The translations under genes were made by a program, and so were the position numbers. DNA of 64,000 bases, from NCBI GenBank assembly GCA_013265495.1, contig MU058441.1:186001-250000 (forward strand), in the 5' to 3' direction. A model generated the notes under the pieces. The model saw nothing but the letters and a program-made list of their open reading frames with translations, had not been told where the DNA came from and made no database searches. Shown in pieces: positions 1 through 13,620 of the stretch. Position 1 is the first letter of the stretch. Every line of letters begins with the position of its first letter. Source of the stretch: Vicugna vicugna. Lineage: Eukaryota.

Positions 1-1110
1 CTTCCTGAAAGATGAGGAGGCATATTCCCTGCCTCTCATCATTAAAAGCAGTGTTGGTGGCCTTCTGGTTTTGATCGTGATTGTAGTCATCCTAGTCAAG
101 GTCAGTTCCACTTACGGTCATAAAGGCTCTGGTGTTGGGCCCAGTTCTCCTTAGGACCTCCAGCCCCTGACTTCCAGCAGCTACCCTGGCCTGGTGGCCA
201 CTTTTCCCTCTTCCTTCACCCGCACACCTGTTGAGACAAATAAGTAAGAGAGTTTCTGTATGAGAAAGACAAAGATCTAATTGAAGAGATTTTCCCAAAA
301 CAGATCTGGCGTCGTTCTCCTGTTTAAATCCTTTCCTTCCCCTGCTTTAGTGTTCAGACTCTTTCACTGCTTTTGAAGACCCTCCACGCTCTGGCTTCCA
401 CCCATAAGTTCTTGCTTTTTTCTCCAAGCACATTGAGCTGAGTAGGTTCGTGTCTCTGTGCTTGCCGTCAGGCTCCCTACACCCGCCTCCCGTGCCTGTT
501 CCCTCTTTCCCTCTGGCTCACACTCTCCCCCTAAAACTCAGCCCTGGAGATTCTCGAGTCCTCTGAGCCAAGTTCCATGCTTTTCCTCTGAGCTGCCCTC
601 TAGAAACCCTTCCAGCCGGCAGTTGTCACGCTGTCCTGTAATTATTTCTCTTCCCACTCGATTCTGCGTTCCCTGATGTGGGAGGCTGTGTTTAAGCCCT
701 TTCTGTCCTCAGCCTGGTAGGCTGAGCACTTTTACATAAATAGAGCCAGTACAGCTGAAACTGCAGCACTTTGCAGGACTAATTAGGTTAAAAAGATTAA
801 AGCGCTCTGGGGGTTCAGAGGAAGGTGGAAGATCTCTTCTGACTGGGGACTGAGCACCAGGAAAAGCTTGTGGAAAGGTCTCGAAGGATTGGATTATCAG
901 GAGAGATTCAGAAGGAGCATGAGAAACAGGGGCCATCTTGGCAACAACCAGAGAAATGGTTTTCTAAAACAGGTATCTTAGGCCTGTAATCAGGCTTCCC
1001 TTCTTCGTTTTTAGTGTGGCTTTTTTAAAAGAAAATACCAACAGCTGAACTTGGAGAGCATAAGGAAGGATCAGCTGAAGTCAGAGAGTCTGCTCGATGA
1101 AGAAAATTAG
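1..1110 (+). CDS. ITGAE: Integrin alpha-E (CD103), 3' end only: partial penultimate exon <1-100 and last coding exon 1015-1110
   Basis: 2-100 reads FLKDEEAYSLPLIIKSSVGGLLVLIVIVVILVK (TM helix), then donor gtcagt at 101. Acceptor ttttag at 1014 is followed by CGFFKRKYQQLNLESIRKDQLKSESLLDEEN-TAG, with the integrin-alpha GFFKR motif and an alpha-E-like tail. Synteny with P2RX5 fits. Gene starts upstream of the window. Confidence 0.95.
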
Positions 1111-1305
1111 GACCAGCTTCTTCATCCGGTGGGAGAGTATCTGCCAGTCCCTGAACTTCTGGAGACCTGGTGTCCTACTGGCTGCTCTTCCTTTAGGGTG
1201 ATGGAGAGCAGGAGCTAACAGATCATGGAATGTTGTTTTAAAACCATACATTGTCCCCAAAGTGTCTGTGCATTGTGCGAAAAAGAAACCGGGGAAGCAT
1301 TTGGT

Positions 1306-1315
1306 ATTAAATAAA
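1306..1315 (+). terminator. ITGAE polyadenylation signal (overlapping ATTAAA/AATAAA)
   Basis: attaaataaa about 200 nt after the stop codon, followed by T-rich sequence. Confidence 0.7.
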
Positions 1316-2259
1316 GTTACACTGTTTTCTTTACAGAAGCACCTTTCATACGTAAATATGATATACTTTGTGATTTTTTTTTTTTTTGCCAAGAGGAGGT
1401 TATACAGCATTTCTCAACCATATCTGCCTAAGAGTGCTTTTTTCCTGCTGTTTCTGGTAACACCTCTCAAAATACCATTCCATGAATTACATCTCGGGGG
1501 GCAGTGGTTGAAAGCAGTTTCTAGTCTGGCAGTTTCAGGTCCTCAGATATGGTCTGTTATTTCAAGTAAGGCCACAAAAAAGCACCTCCAAAGCAAATAT
1601 AAAGGGTAGAAAAACAAAGGTCACCAAACAGGAACAAGGGGGGAAAGAAGACCGGGACTGTGTTCCGAAGCGTCACTTCTGTTGTGTCTGAACATGTCTG
1701 TTTAACACCCGTGCTGCCCTCACCTGGCTTCCTGCTTAGAGAGCTGCTGAGGTGGGGGGGCGGGGGGCCCCCCGACCCTTAGTGAGTGCTGGCCTCAGGA
1801 GAGCGCGCTCGTTCGCGGGAGGGCGTGGGACCTGGCCTGGGAGTTGGGGGCACAGAGATTAGGGCCTAGTCGCAGGCTGGTGTTGCTCTTAGTATCTTAT
1901 GTTATTTAATTTATATGCCCCATGCTGTTAAAACTTGACCATGTCACCCCATTCCCAGCCCTACAGTGGCACAGTCTTTGTTTTTGTAGGTCATAAAAGT
2001 CAGTGCAAAAAATTAAATGGTGCAGGAGTATACAATGTAGAAATCCCTTGATAGTCTATGTCTAATTCAGGTGGTTTCATTATTATTTCTTTTAAATTTT
2101 AATTTTTTCCTGAATTTTAGGTGTATATAAGGTGTGAATTAGGAAATTTAACCTGAGTTTTTTTTTTTTTTTCCCCAGAAGCATAACTGATTTTTACAGC
2201 ACCACTTGTTGAAATAGTTCATCATCTCCCCTGCTTATCCTCGCTCTCCCCGAACGTAC

Positions 2260-2652
2260 TACAGGGGCTGGAAGGCTTTAGCCACTTCCCAGACCCCCTT
2301 GCAGTGGGCTCTGGTTAGCTTTTGCAGTGAGAGGCACTTGCATGAGACGGGAAGGAGGAGAGGTGGGAGAGGGCTTTCTCCTGATTCTGGCAGCGAGGTG
2401 GCAGCAGATGAGGGTGGGCCGCCGAGCGGCAGTGTGGTGGGCCTGGGCTCCGGTGGGTCTGGGTTCCGGTGGGTCTGGGCTCTGGCCCAGGTGGTGGCTT
2501 CCCGCATCCCCTGACCTCTGGGCAACACCAGCCCTCCCATTTTTATTTTCCAGCCCTCCCAACAAATTTGAAACTGAACTCCCGGTATTAAGTCCCTTTC
2601 TGTTTAAAATATCTGGAGTGGTTTCCGTTTTCTTGAAGACCTTGAGTCTAAC
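2260..2652 (+). mobile_element. Old ERVL-type LTR fragment (LTR33/LTR16-like)
   Basis: Motifs ttcccagacccccttgcag, gagaggcacttgcatgaga and a 3' end ttaagtccctttctgtttaaaatatctggagtggtttc resemble these families as recalled. Confidence 0.45.
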
Positions 2653-4292
2653 TGTCTTATTCCAAATGAATCACGGTTGTCTGTATCATTTATTGAAATG
2701 CTTACTGATGATTTGAAGTTTTGCTGAAACCATTCATGAAATTCATAGATGGTGTATATTTAATATATGTGTGTGTATATATATAAAAACATCTTGGACA
2801 TTTAGTTTCATCCCACTGATCTGTTTGTTCCTGTACCAGTACTACAGTTGAAGGAACCACATTTTTTTTTAACTTTATACAAATGATAAATTCAAAACAG
2901 CACATAGGGGTCTAAAACATGAAAAGTAAGTCTCCTCCTTCTTTCTCACCTCTAATGCCTCTTTCCAAAAGCAACCATGGTTAATGGTTTTTTAGGTTTT
3001 CCTTCAGAATACTCTGTGTACACACCAGCATAAACTTTTTAGTGGAATTAGATTGTAGTGTTCTGCCCTGGCTTTTTCATCTCATAGACTTTAGGAAGAT
3101 CCTTCAACACCAGAACCTGCAGGTCTGTCCCTTTCTCTTTAAGTGCTCCATAATTTACTGTGTTATATGTGGATATGTCAGAATTTACGTAACAAGTCCG
3201 TACAGGTGGATATTTAGATTGCTTCCATTTCTTTTTTTATTACAACGAAAAGGTGTGATGAACATCTTTAAACAGGTATCCTGGTGTGCTTTTCAAGTAT
3301 ATTGATGGTTAAATTCCCTGCACAATTACTGGCTCAAAGGTTATGTGCATTTAAAATTTCTGTATAGAATGTAACTTGACCTCCAAAAAAGTTTTTGCTG
3401 GTTTATACGCCCACTTAGAATATACATAAGTGCCCTTGCCACCACTGGGCATCCTCAGATTTTAGCTCTTTTGCTAATCTGATCAGTGTAGAAAATGGTA
3501 TTCTGTTTTTGATGCTAGTTTTCATTTTAACTTGGCAGTAAATTTTGATATCTGTTAGGTCATTTTCATTCAAATCATTGATTGTAGTTTTTTTTAGGTA
3601 ATTCTTAATATCAGCTTTTCAGATTCCCAAAAGAAACCCTTTGGTGTTTTAGTTTAAATGTCCACTTGCTGAGATTTTTAAAAGCACACTACAGCAAGAT
3701 TTTGTAATTTTCTTCAGAGAGATCTTAGTTTACAAAGACTTCAGTTTCTATCTGTATTATATTTTGCATTTATATTTTTTATTGCTACTTTGAAAAATAC
3801 CTTTTTTTCCCCTTGACTGATTTATACAGAGTTTGTATTTAGAAAAGTTGGTTGTTTTGAATGTTTATCTTATCTGCTACTTTACTGGACTCTTTTATTT
3901 TCTAATAGCTTGTCTATTGATTCTCTCGAATTTTCTAAGGAGAAATTCCTATCTGCGCATAATGGTACTTTGGAGTCTTTCTGATATTTATATATTCCCC
4001 CCCTGCCACCGCCCTTATTTCTTTGACCGGTTTTTGTAGAGCTTTGAGAAGTTAACTCTGCCTGACTTTCATGGGAGCTTTGCATACCCTCGTCTGCCTG
4101 CCCTCCGGGCATTCCTGGGGCTCAGTTGGGGTTCCCCCACCTCTCACGGAGCCCCTCTCCTTCCAGTCCCGCGTGATCAACCTTCCTGTTGGTGGGCAGC
4201 CACCTGCTTCACTGGTGTCATGAGTTCCTTTCTGTTTTGACTCCTCTGTTACCCGCTCTGTTGTCCATTGCTGCCACAGGCTTCTCCTCTCA

Positions 4293-5082
4293 CAAGCAGA
4301 CCTCGTTTCATTATGCTTTGCTTTATTGCATTTTGCAGATGCTGTATTTTTCACAAATTGAAGGTTTGTGGCAACCTAGTGTGGAGCAAGTCCATCAGTG
4401 CCATTTTTCAAATAGCGTTAGCTCACTTCGTGTCTCTGTCACATTTTGATAATCCTTGCAGGATTTCAGAATTTCTCATTATGTTTGTTTCGGTAATCTG
4501 TGATTTTTTTTAATTGAGGTATAGTCAGTTTGCAGTGTTGTGTCAATTTCTGGTGGCCAGCACAATGCTTCAGTCATACATGAATATACATATATTCGTT
4601 TTCCTATTCTTTTTCACCATAAGCTACTACAAGATATCAAATATAGTTCCCTGTGCTATACAAAATAAACTTGTTTATCTGTTTTATATATACCAGTAGT
4701 ATCTGCAAATCCCAAACTCCCAATTTACCCCTTCCCACCCTCTCCCCCTGGCAACCATAAGTTCGTTTTCTATGTCTATGAGTCTCTTTCTGTTTTGTAA
4801 ATAAGTTTGTCTGTCTTTTTTAGATGCCACATAAGTGATATCATATGCTATTTGATAATCTGTGAACTTTGATGTTACTACCGTAATTGGTTTTTTGTTT
4901 TGTATGTTTAATTAAGGTCTGTACACTGTTGTTTTAGACAGTGCTGCTGACCAGACTACAGTGTAAGCGTAACCTCTCCATGCGCTGGGTAATCAGAACG
5001 TTCGTGGGACTCGCTGTATTGTGATGCTTGCTTCATTGCGATGCTCTGGAACTGAACCTGCAGTATCTCTGAGTTACGCCTT
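4293..5082 (+). mobile_element. Internally deleted Tigger1-derived DNA transposon, split by an L1 insertion
   Basis: 4293-4503 matches the Tigger1 5' end (cagacctcgtttcattatgctttgc...tacaaattgaaggtttgtggcaacc-like). 4866-5082 matches the 3' end (...ctggaactgaacctgcagtatctctgagttacgcc). Confidence 0.8.
4504..4855 (-). mobile_element. 5'-truncated L1 3' end with target-site duplication
   Basis: Poly-T at 4504-4511, then antisense L1 3'UTR motifs (cccctggcaaccataagttcgttttctatgtctatgagtct). TSD taatctgtga at 4494-4503 and 4856-4865. Confidence 0.85.
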
Positions 5083-7310
5083 TGAAGGGAAAGAAAGAGA
5101 TGAGTTTGCTCAGATGTTTCCCTGTTGCTGGGCTCAGGAGGTGTGTCCAAGTTTTCATTATTATAGGGGACTTGCAACCCCTGCTTTTATACTTCTTTTT
5201 ATTGCCAGTAAGACCCCACTCCCATTGTAACGATCAAGCCTTCCATTGACCATCTAGGAGCTACTGACTGACTGAGCTGATGTGATCTGACTGGTGTTAG
5301 ACCAGTGCCGCTGTAGTCAGGAGACTTCATAAACGGCTAGTCTGTGAGGAGGAAGAGACTTAAATGGAAACACGGTTAGATTGTGCAAATCCGTGTGCTG
5401 TGGCTTGAGCCAAAGCCTCATCTGTCTTCTAAAAGATGCCTCTCTGGTGCCAGGCCTTTCCCATTTCCTCTGCACCCTCCTCTGCCTGGGAGCAGTAAGT
5501 GCCAAAGCTTGAGTAGATCCCAGGACAGTGGGTCACGTCACAGGGCCGCTGTCCCGGCCAGGAAGGGACTAAGATGGGGCCAGCTGGACACGAGCGTGGG
5601 GAAAGTGCCCCTTGTGGTTTCTCTGTTTTCATTTCCCCTGTTACAGGCTAGTGAGTGCTGATTCAGATAACCTTTTTCTCTCTCGGTAACATCTGAACTG
5701 TGAACTGGACTGTTGAGGGGTGAAATAAGCAGATGGGAAGATCTACATTGGTCAAACTGTTTAGGCCTGATTAGATTTTGAGAAAGGGGCATTCCATTCA
5801 GCCGAGCCCAGCAGTCTAAAATTATCTGCACTAGTGTATTTTTCCAGGCACACCATCTCTCATGCCTTTACAAGGAGGGATATTTGCTTAAGATCAGGCT
5901 TCAGGTATTTTGGGTCTCCTAGCCACAATTATATCCTTGTAATTGTGCTAGAATTTGACCATAACTACGGACAGATCTAATGAATGGTATCGAGGGAGCC
6001 TGCATCACTCCAGGAGGAGCAGTTGTTCAAATGTCAGAGTTCAGGAGGTAGCTGGATGCACCTAAACACAGTTCTCAACTGCAGGTGACTTTGTTTTGGT
6101 TAGTGCAAGGACACTTAGAAAAATACATGTGTAACACATAGATGTACTCATGGTAAAATCAGAGGAAAGAGTGAAAACTTGCCTTAGTCACAGCCTTGTC
6201 CCCCTTTAGAAGCTGATGCGTATTGGTTTAGCACGTATCCTTCCAGGCCATATTTTGTGCTTTGGTAAATATTCACATAGGTACACAGACAAGTACATAG
6301 GTTTTGGGGTTTTGTTCATGTGTGTGTGTTTTACATAAATAGGATCATATATTCTCCCATTTGTGATCATTTTCAGGGAGCCGGTGTCAGAGACAAAACG
6401 CTGCTTCTGAATGCGGGGTTGGTAGCCCTAACCTCCCCCTGATAGGTTACTTCTTTTTGATTGTTAGCAAGACCGTGTATTTTCCCACGAGATGAGGTTT
6501 TTTTTTTTTCCCTCTATGCTTTACTTTTTCTTTATTGTCTGGTTAAAAGGTAGCCCCAGTGTTTTCTCTTTAGCCCTGTCTGAACTGCACCATCTTCTGG
6601 GATAGAAGAGGTGCGTTTTTTCCCTCTGAACTTAGGAGTCTCAGGGCAAGTAAGGGTGATTTGACTTAGAAAGAATTAGGGAGCAGTGTGCGCTCCAGAA
6701 TGGGGGAACTGGTTGTGCAGATTTGCTGATGGGTGTTTAGCAGCCGTCCTCATTGCTGCTGGTGGGCTCTCTCAAAGAGGAACTCTTCCTGAGTACCACA
6801 AAGAAGACAAGACCACAGTGCCAGCCTCCGGGGGAGCCAGCTGGAGGCTCAGCTTCCCCCTCCAACTCCACGTGAGGCCAGGATTCTCCTAGGACCCATA
6901 GCCAGCCTCGGTCCCAGGGCAGAGCAGTCAGGGGGTTACAGGTGTGACGTCTTCCTTCTAGCGATGTCTCATCTCTCCAGGGCCTGGCAAGGGGCCCTGG
7001 GCCAGCCCTGCCCAGGGTGTTGGCGGTTTTCAAGCTCTTGGCCTTGAATTCCTGGGTTTGACTAGTGTCCTACTGTGGGTTAATCTTTCCTGTCTGTAGA
7101 GCGGTGAGGTCTGAGACTGAGGTTGGACTGCTGGAATGGGAGAAGACACCACTGGCCCACTTCAGTTCTGCAGACCTTTTAGATTTCCTAATCTAGGAAA
7201 AGGCGACCAGCCTAACTCCTGAGTTTCTACACTGGGACTTGGGTCCTTTGCCTCCTGGACGAAGAACTCACCAGTGGATTAGCTAGTGAAGGGCACTGGT
7301 ACCTCTAGGT

Positions 7311-7910
7311 CAGAGGCTTCTAACTTTTGTGTGTGTCTCGGTTCTTTGGCAGTCTGGTGAAGTCCAGGGACCCTTTCTCAGATTATTTCCCAACATTGTT
7401 TGTGAAAATGTTCAAGCATAAGAAAAATTGAATTTCACAGTGAACACCTGGCTTCTTCCATTAACATTTTACTCTGCTTGCTTGATCATGTATATTTTCA
7501 TCTTTCCATCCGTCAGCTTGTTTTTAAATATATATAAGCTTATGAAGAACCAATTATATTGAAACACATGATCAGAATAGTAGAAACATTTTATGATCTA
7601 GAGATACATGTGCTGTTTTATTAATGCATTAAAGCAGCAGGTGTAATAACTGCTTCTTTGAAAGTAGTGATGAACTTAACATGCATTTTGAGGTATCTGT
7701 GATAGCTGTAATGTGATGGGAAAATATCTGGAATTTCTATTGGCGTTAAGATGCAGGTACTGCTAATACTCCTATGGTTTGTTGCCTACATTCATAATTG
7801 CAGGAAATGTTAAATTTCAGATGAAGTGCAGTAAAAATAAATATGTAGCATTTTTTCCATCCAGCTTCCCAGACCTATTCTATATACCCTGGGCCATTTA
7901 ATAAAAGCGC
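7311..7910 (+). mobile_element. hAT-Charlie DNA transposon fossil (Charlie4a-like), with a short L1-like insert near 7390-7515
   Basis: tttggcagtctggtgaag...ccctttctcaga start; internal gaagtagtgatga, tgtaatgtgatgggaaaatatctg and ggtactgctaatactcctatggtttgttgcctacattcataattg match the recalled consensus. Confidence 0.7.
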
Positions 7911-10121
7911 GTGTCCTCCCCGGGGCTTTATACCTTTACACCTAATCTTAAGATCAGTCTGGGCAGCATTAGCTGCTTTCAAGGAGGAAACAAGTTGCCT
8001 GAGACCGCAGGGCTAGTTTAAGGTAGAATCTCCAGGTCTCCTGTTTTCCCACAGAAGCTTCATTAGTGAGTGGGCAGGGCGGGGGTGAGTGGCAGCCCGG
8101 GCTCGGGGGAGGCTGACAGACTTTGTCGCTGGTGGAGGAGGCACGGATGGAGCTCAGCTCCTCGGTGGGTTGCCAGCCCCACCTGCTAAAGGCACCGACG
8201 CTCGAGCCCGGCTTGGGCCTGGGAATCTGCTTTTTGGGAAAGCACCAGGTGATGTTTTGGTGCAAGAGCCACACCCTGTGAGAAGCTAGGTATGAGAGCA
8301 GGGCTTGTTCATCTGATGACACTTAGACAAGGGGTGGCCCTCAGCACAGACTCGGAGTCTTCATGACTCAGAAGGTACTTCCAGAGACAAAATTAACATA
8401 ATGCTCTGGTAGAATTACCTCTGTTGAAATCTTCTAGAAATATACACTCAAAAATAAAGGCTTAGTCACTCTATTCTTGACACTTCAAATGTGGGTAGAG
8501 GCAGGGTGACCAGGAATTGACCTTCCCTCCCTCCGCCTTGTCCCCCCAGCCCTCCCATGGGTGACCACCTACCTCACATCAGCCCGTGGTGCCGAGTGGT
8601 AAAGCCTTTTCTGCCCTCTCAGCCCTGTATGACCTAGGAGCTAGGTGCCCTGCTGTAACTCCCTGAAACGTGCAGATCCTGTTCTTTGGGAATTTAGAGA
8701 AGGAGAGGGACCCAGGAGGCCTCCATGAAGGAGACAGACCCCTGTGAGCTGAGCCTTGAAGCCAGGAAGTACTGAGGAGAGCCTGGCCTGAGCAAAGGCA
8801 CGGGGGTTGAAAAGTGCAGGGTATGATCACAGGTATCAGCCCATTCCCCTGAGGCCAGTGTGTGTCATGGGGACTGTGAGACCAGAAAGGCAGGCGGGGA
8901 CAGTGACTGCAGTAAAGAATAAGAATCTAGAAGGATTGAGTACAAGGAGCCGGGGGAGCCCCAGCCACTCATGTTTCTTACAAGGATGTCCCACTTGCTC
9001 TCATTTCATCACTGCCACGGTCCTGTGAACTCGGGGATGGATGAGAGCCAGGTTGTGGAGCCCGTGGGGAAGGAAACCCGTGCAGGGAGCAGGAGCAGGA
9101 ACGAGACGAGCTTTCCCTTCCACGTTCCCTGTTGGAGCTGGCGCTGCTCTGTGGGCTTGGTTGACTCGAGTTTGAATCTTTGTCCTTCTCAGTGCCCATG
9201 GGACCAGCATTTGATAGTTTACTTTTTTTTTTTTTTAATGGGACAGTTTACTCTTCTGAAGTGATATCTCAGTGGAGTTTTTCTCCTGGTCACACTCACG
9301 AGTAACAAGTAACCACCCATCAATTACTGTGGGTCACAGAGATGCTGATGGACTCGGAAATGCTCCCCACAGAGACGGGCTTCCTTCTTCCTGTTGACTG
9401 TATTGGAGCAACATTAATAATGCACCTGCTATTTCTTAAATGGACCAGTAATGTCTATTAATGGAATGTGTTTATCATAGCAGGACTCCTCGAAGCAAGA
9501 GGAAAATTAAAGGATGAACTGCTCTGTGAAACCCTTTCTGTGGCATGCCTTTCCCACTCTTGTCCTTTCTGGGCCACGCACGGTACTTAGGAGTCTGAAG
9601 GAGGACTCTCCTTGTCTTGTGATGACTTCCTTTTGCGCCCTAGGACAGATTCAGTCTCCTGTCTCAGGCCCTGCCTGAGCCCACCTCTCCTCTGGGGTGG
9701 GGAGTAGAACCTCGTTCATTAGGTGTAAGTAACCTCTGCTCCAAGAACCACAGGATTTTATGGGATTTGTGTTTTATTTATTTCTAGTTTCCTTCCTTTA
9801 ATTGTGAAAAAAATGTTTTAAGTTCATTTTATAATTCCCCATCACCTCACTGCAGCTGCCTTAAATCATCCAACTAGACAGTCCTGTGCACCCGGTGAGA
9901 TTGGTCAGCCCCTTCGCTGCCCTTTCCTGCAGGTAGACAGCACTCACTAGTGTGAAGCATGATGTGGACTCCTCCTGGGGAGGAGATGGAAGGGGCTTTG
10001 ACGACTCTGAGGAAGAGCCATTTGCCCCCTGATCACCTGACGCAGGGGCTGACAGTCCAAGGCAGCCAGTCAGTTCTCTGCATGGCAGGGTGGTGCTCTT
10101 GGCCCTGGCAGCTGTGGGAGC

Positions 10122-10593
10122 CAGTCTGAAAAGGCTACAAACTGTACAATTCCAACCAAATGACATTCCGGAAAAGGCAAAGCTACAGAAACAATAAAAA
10201 GATCGTGGTTTCCAGGGGTTTGGGGAGAGGGAGGGAGGTAGGTAGCGATGAATAGATGGAGCACAAGGGATTTTTAGGGCAATGAAATTATTCTATGTGA
10301 TACTATAGTGGTGGCTACATGTCATTATGCATTTGTCAAAGCCCATAGAATGTACAACATCAAGAGTGAACCCTAATGCAAACTATGGACTTTGGTTGAT
10401 AATAATGTGCCCATGTGGGTTCATTGATTGTACCAAGTATGCCACATTGATGAGGGATGTTGAGGGTAGGGGAGTATATATGTGTGGGTGGGGAGGGCTA
10501 TGTGTGAACTCTTTTCTGCTCAACTCTGTTGTGAACCTGAAACTGCTCTAAAAGAATAAAGTCTATTAAAAAACAAAACAAGACAAAAAAAAA
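10122..10593 (+). mobile_element. L1MC-type 3' end with A-rich tail
   Basis: ccagtctgaaaaggctaca...tgacattccggaaaaggcaaa...gaaccctaatgcaaactatggactttgg...aacctgaaactgctctaaaagaataaagtctattaaaaaa. Confidence 0.8.
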
Positions 10594-10793
10594 GTATTTC
10601 TCATGTGGTTTGGACCACGACCCACAGGAAGAAATACATTACATGTCACTCTGATTTTCTGCTCAATTCCGTTGTCAACCTGAAACTGCTCTAAAAGAAT
10701 AAAGTGTATTAAAAAACATGACCAAAAAAAAAAAAAGACTATTTCTCATGTGGTACCACGACCACGACCCATGGGAAAATATTACATGTTACA
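10512..10793 (+). repeat. Two-copy tandem duplication, period about 143 bp
   Basis: Copy 1 10512-10654 and copy 2 10655-~10793 both read ttttctgctcaa...aacctgaaactgctctaaaagaataaagt.tattaaaaaaca...tatttctcatgtggt...accacgaccca...attacatgt. Confidence 0.9.
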
Positions 10794-12619
10794 GTGTCAT
10801 GTGCACACACTCATACTTTAAACAAAGTGTCACAAAACTTCTACCTTTGCTTCCTTAAACACACTCTGATATTTGCTTTTTGTGGATATGCTGGTTGGAA
10901 ACCCAGTAAATTGATGTTATGACCCACTGATGGGTCTGGATCTCACCTAAGAAGCTGTGAGGGAGCCCACAGGGAGGGGTCTGGCCCCGGCCCTGAGAGC
11001 CACTCTTTCCCCTTGGGATTGTCCCTCACGTGGTCTCTAAAGCTTCAGGGGAGTTCTGTCAGAAACTGCAGCCTGGTCTGGGCTGGGCCGTGAGGGCTTC
11101 AGAAGGAGCTGCCCACACTGGAGGGCAAATAAGAGCAGGGCCCCTCCTCTGAAGCCGGAGGGGCAGTGGTGACAACGACAAGCGTTTCAGCCTCTCCAGC
11201 AGCAAAGGGCGGGTGCTCAGTAAAGGCGTGAGAAAGCAGAGCAGGGGAGCGTGCTCTGGTTTGTAGGCTGTGACCTGGAGCCTCAGATGCAACACCTGCA
11301 AAACCAAAGCCCTGGTCTCTGGGGGATCCCCCCGCAGAACAGACAGGCCCAGCCACACTCCCTCTGGGGAGTGGAGAGGCCCAGCGTAGCACCATCCCAC
11401 GTGCCGCTTGTGCAAGGGTGGCGGGTCCTGTGGGGGTGATGCTTTCCAGCCTGGACCTCTTCTCCAGGCTGGACTGCGAGACCCCGAAAAGCCACCTTAT
11501 CCTGTGGGCTCTTTGTGACTGTGATGCCACTCCACTAAGGCTGCATCTCTGTGCTGGAGAGCTGTGTGAGGGAAGAGCTGGCGGGAGAGTGAGGAAGGGA
11601 GGTCCGGTGACATCCTAAGCCTTTCCCCCAGGATGATGTCAGCTTCCAAAATCCCCAGTCATGACTGGAACAGAGTGGCAGCTAAAGTCCCCTCCCTGTT
11701 TAAAAAATCAGGCCCAAGTCACTCACTCAGCAAGTATGTACTGAACTATTATATGGCAGGCATAGCGGTGAGCATGGGGCACAGAGATGTCCAAAGGCAA
11801 GGTCCCCGCCCTCCTGGAGCTTATGGTCTTTGTGGGGGACACAGTCAATAAGCAAATGAGATCAGACCCAGGAGGGACAGGTGCTCTAAGGGAATAAGAA
11901 GAGATAATGGGATCAAAAGTGATGGGGTGGAGGCTGCTTTTGGTGGATGGTAATAAGAACAGGCCTTTTTAAAGCAAATGGCATTTGAGTTGAAACTGCT
12001 GAAAAGTTACAAAAATCTGTGCTTCTGAAATGACTGTTTGAGAGCAAAGTACAGATTCCCAGGCCCCATCCTAGTCTTAAGAGAATGAAAAAATTAGGGG
12101 CAGGACCCAGGGATTTGCATTTTTCTTCCAAATGATACACACACTCACCCAAACTGGAGACATACTGCCCTGGGGGTTTTACTTTGACAGAGGATCATAC
12201 CTGGTGAACTTTAGGGTCCCTTGCTACTCCGGACTCCCAGAGCCTGTGGTTCAGGGAAGGGAACTTCTCCTTGGTGTGGGAGGGCCAGGCTTGGGAGAGG
12301 AGCAGGACGACTCTGCAGGACGGCAGGGAGTGAAATGCAGAAAAGGAGCGTGCACAGCCCAGCACACACATGCACACACGCACACGGAGCTCACCCAGGA
12401 GTCCTCCTCTCTGTGGTCGTCCCAAGTTCCAAACCTGATCTCCTCTGAGAAGCCCTCATCTTGGCTCCCACCGCCTCTAATTTCATTTCACGTGTTGCGA
12501 GGGTTGCAGCTTTAGCAGCTTAGATTAGGTCCACCTCTTGCTTTGGGAACATTTCAAACAGTTGGCACCCGCCCTCTCTCCAGGCATATTTTAAGATCCC
12601 AGGCCTTGTTTGCCTGTCT

Positions 12620-13620
12620 CATCTCCGCCACCCCACGCGCCCAGGGCGCGGTAGAGTTCTCCGTGCTCTGGCTACTGGGACCTACTTGGCCGCTGACTCC
12701 CCGGGGTGCGGGGCAGAAACCGGCCGCAGCTGCGGCAGCAGGAACACGCACTTCATTCCAGCGGACACAAGGCGCAGGAGCTGCGGGTGGCACCGGTCAT
12801 TAGTCTCCCCCAGCCTGCGAGGGGAGGGCCAGGGTCCTCCCAGGGAGCAAGAAAAATCAAGAAACCTGTTTGTATCTATCTGCCAATGCGCTTTACCCGC
12901 TCTTCGCCTCCACTTCCTGTGCTGTAGGCCCCTCCCCCGGCCTCAGTTTCCCGTCTCTTCCATAGGAGGAACCCGGGCTATCTTTGGGGCGGCTGCCAGA
13001 GGAGCCCTTCCTCTCGCCTCACCCCTCCGGCGCAGGGGTCTCGGAGCCCGGGCCCGGTGGCTGCGGGAGGGCCCTCCCGGGCCAGTGACCGGGCGGCGGT
13101 CCGGCGGTGTCACTGTCAGCGGAGGCGGCGGCAAGGTCGCCGTCCCAGGTCCCCGCCCGGCCTCCGGCGGCGCTGCCGCAGCCTCGCCGACTGCTGGCCC
13201 CTGCCCGCTGGAGCCCAGCACCCGGGCGCTGCGGTGCCCCTGCGGGGGCCGGGCCGGGCGGCCGCGGCGGCAGGCGGGGGCGGCTCCCATGCGGCACATG
13301 TGTGGCGGCGCGGCCGGCGGGCAGGTGAGACGGCGCCATGGGGCAGGTGGGCTGGAAGGGGCTCTACCAGTCGCTCTTCGACTACAAGACCGAGAAGTAC
13401 GTCATCGCCAAGAACAAGAAGGTGGGCCTGCTCTACCGGCTGCTGCAGCTCTCCATCCTGACCTACCTGGTGGTGTGAGTTCTCCGGGGCTCCCGGGATG
13501 GGGCGGGGGGAGGGCCCGGGCGGGGATAGGGGCGGCAGCCGTGGCCTGGGGGGGCTCGGAATGGGCCTGTGCGCGCGCCTGGGGTGCCCTGTGGCTGCGG
13601 ACCCTGCTTGTGCCCTTGGG
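12620..13620. promoter_or_regulatory. CpG island / P2RX5 promoter and exon 1
   Basis: Very GC- and CpG-rich stretch around the ATG at 13338; GC boxes; ETS-like cacttcctg at 12911. Confidence 0.8.

Noticed and set aside
5200..9900. Possible unannotated exons or lncRNA between ITGAE and P2RX5
   Set aside because: Isolated splice-like sites and short ORFs give no coherent chain or recognisable product; it cannot be supported without expression data.
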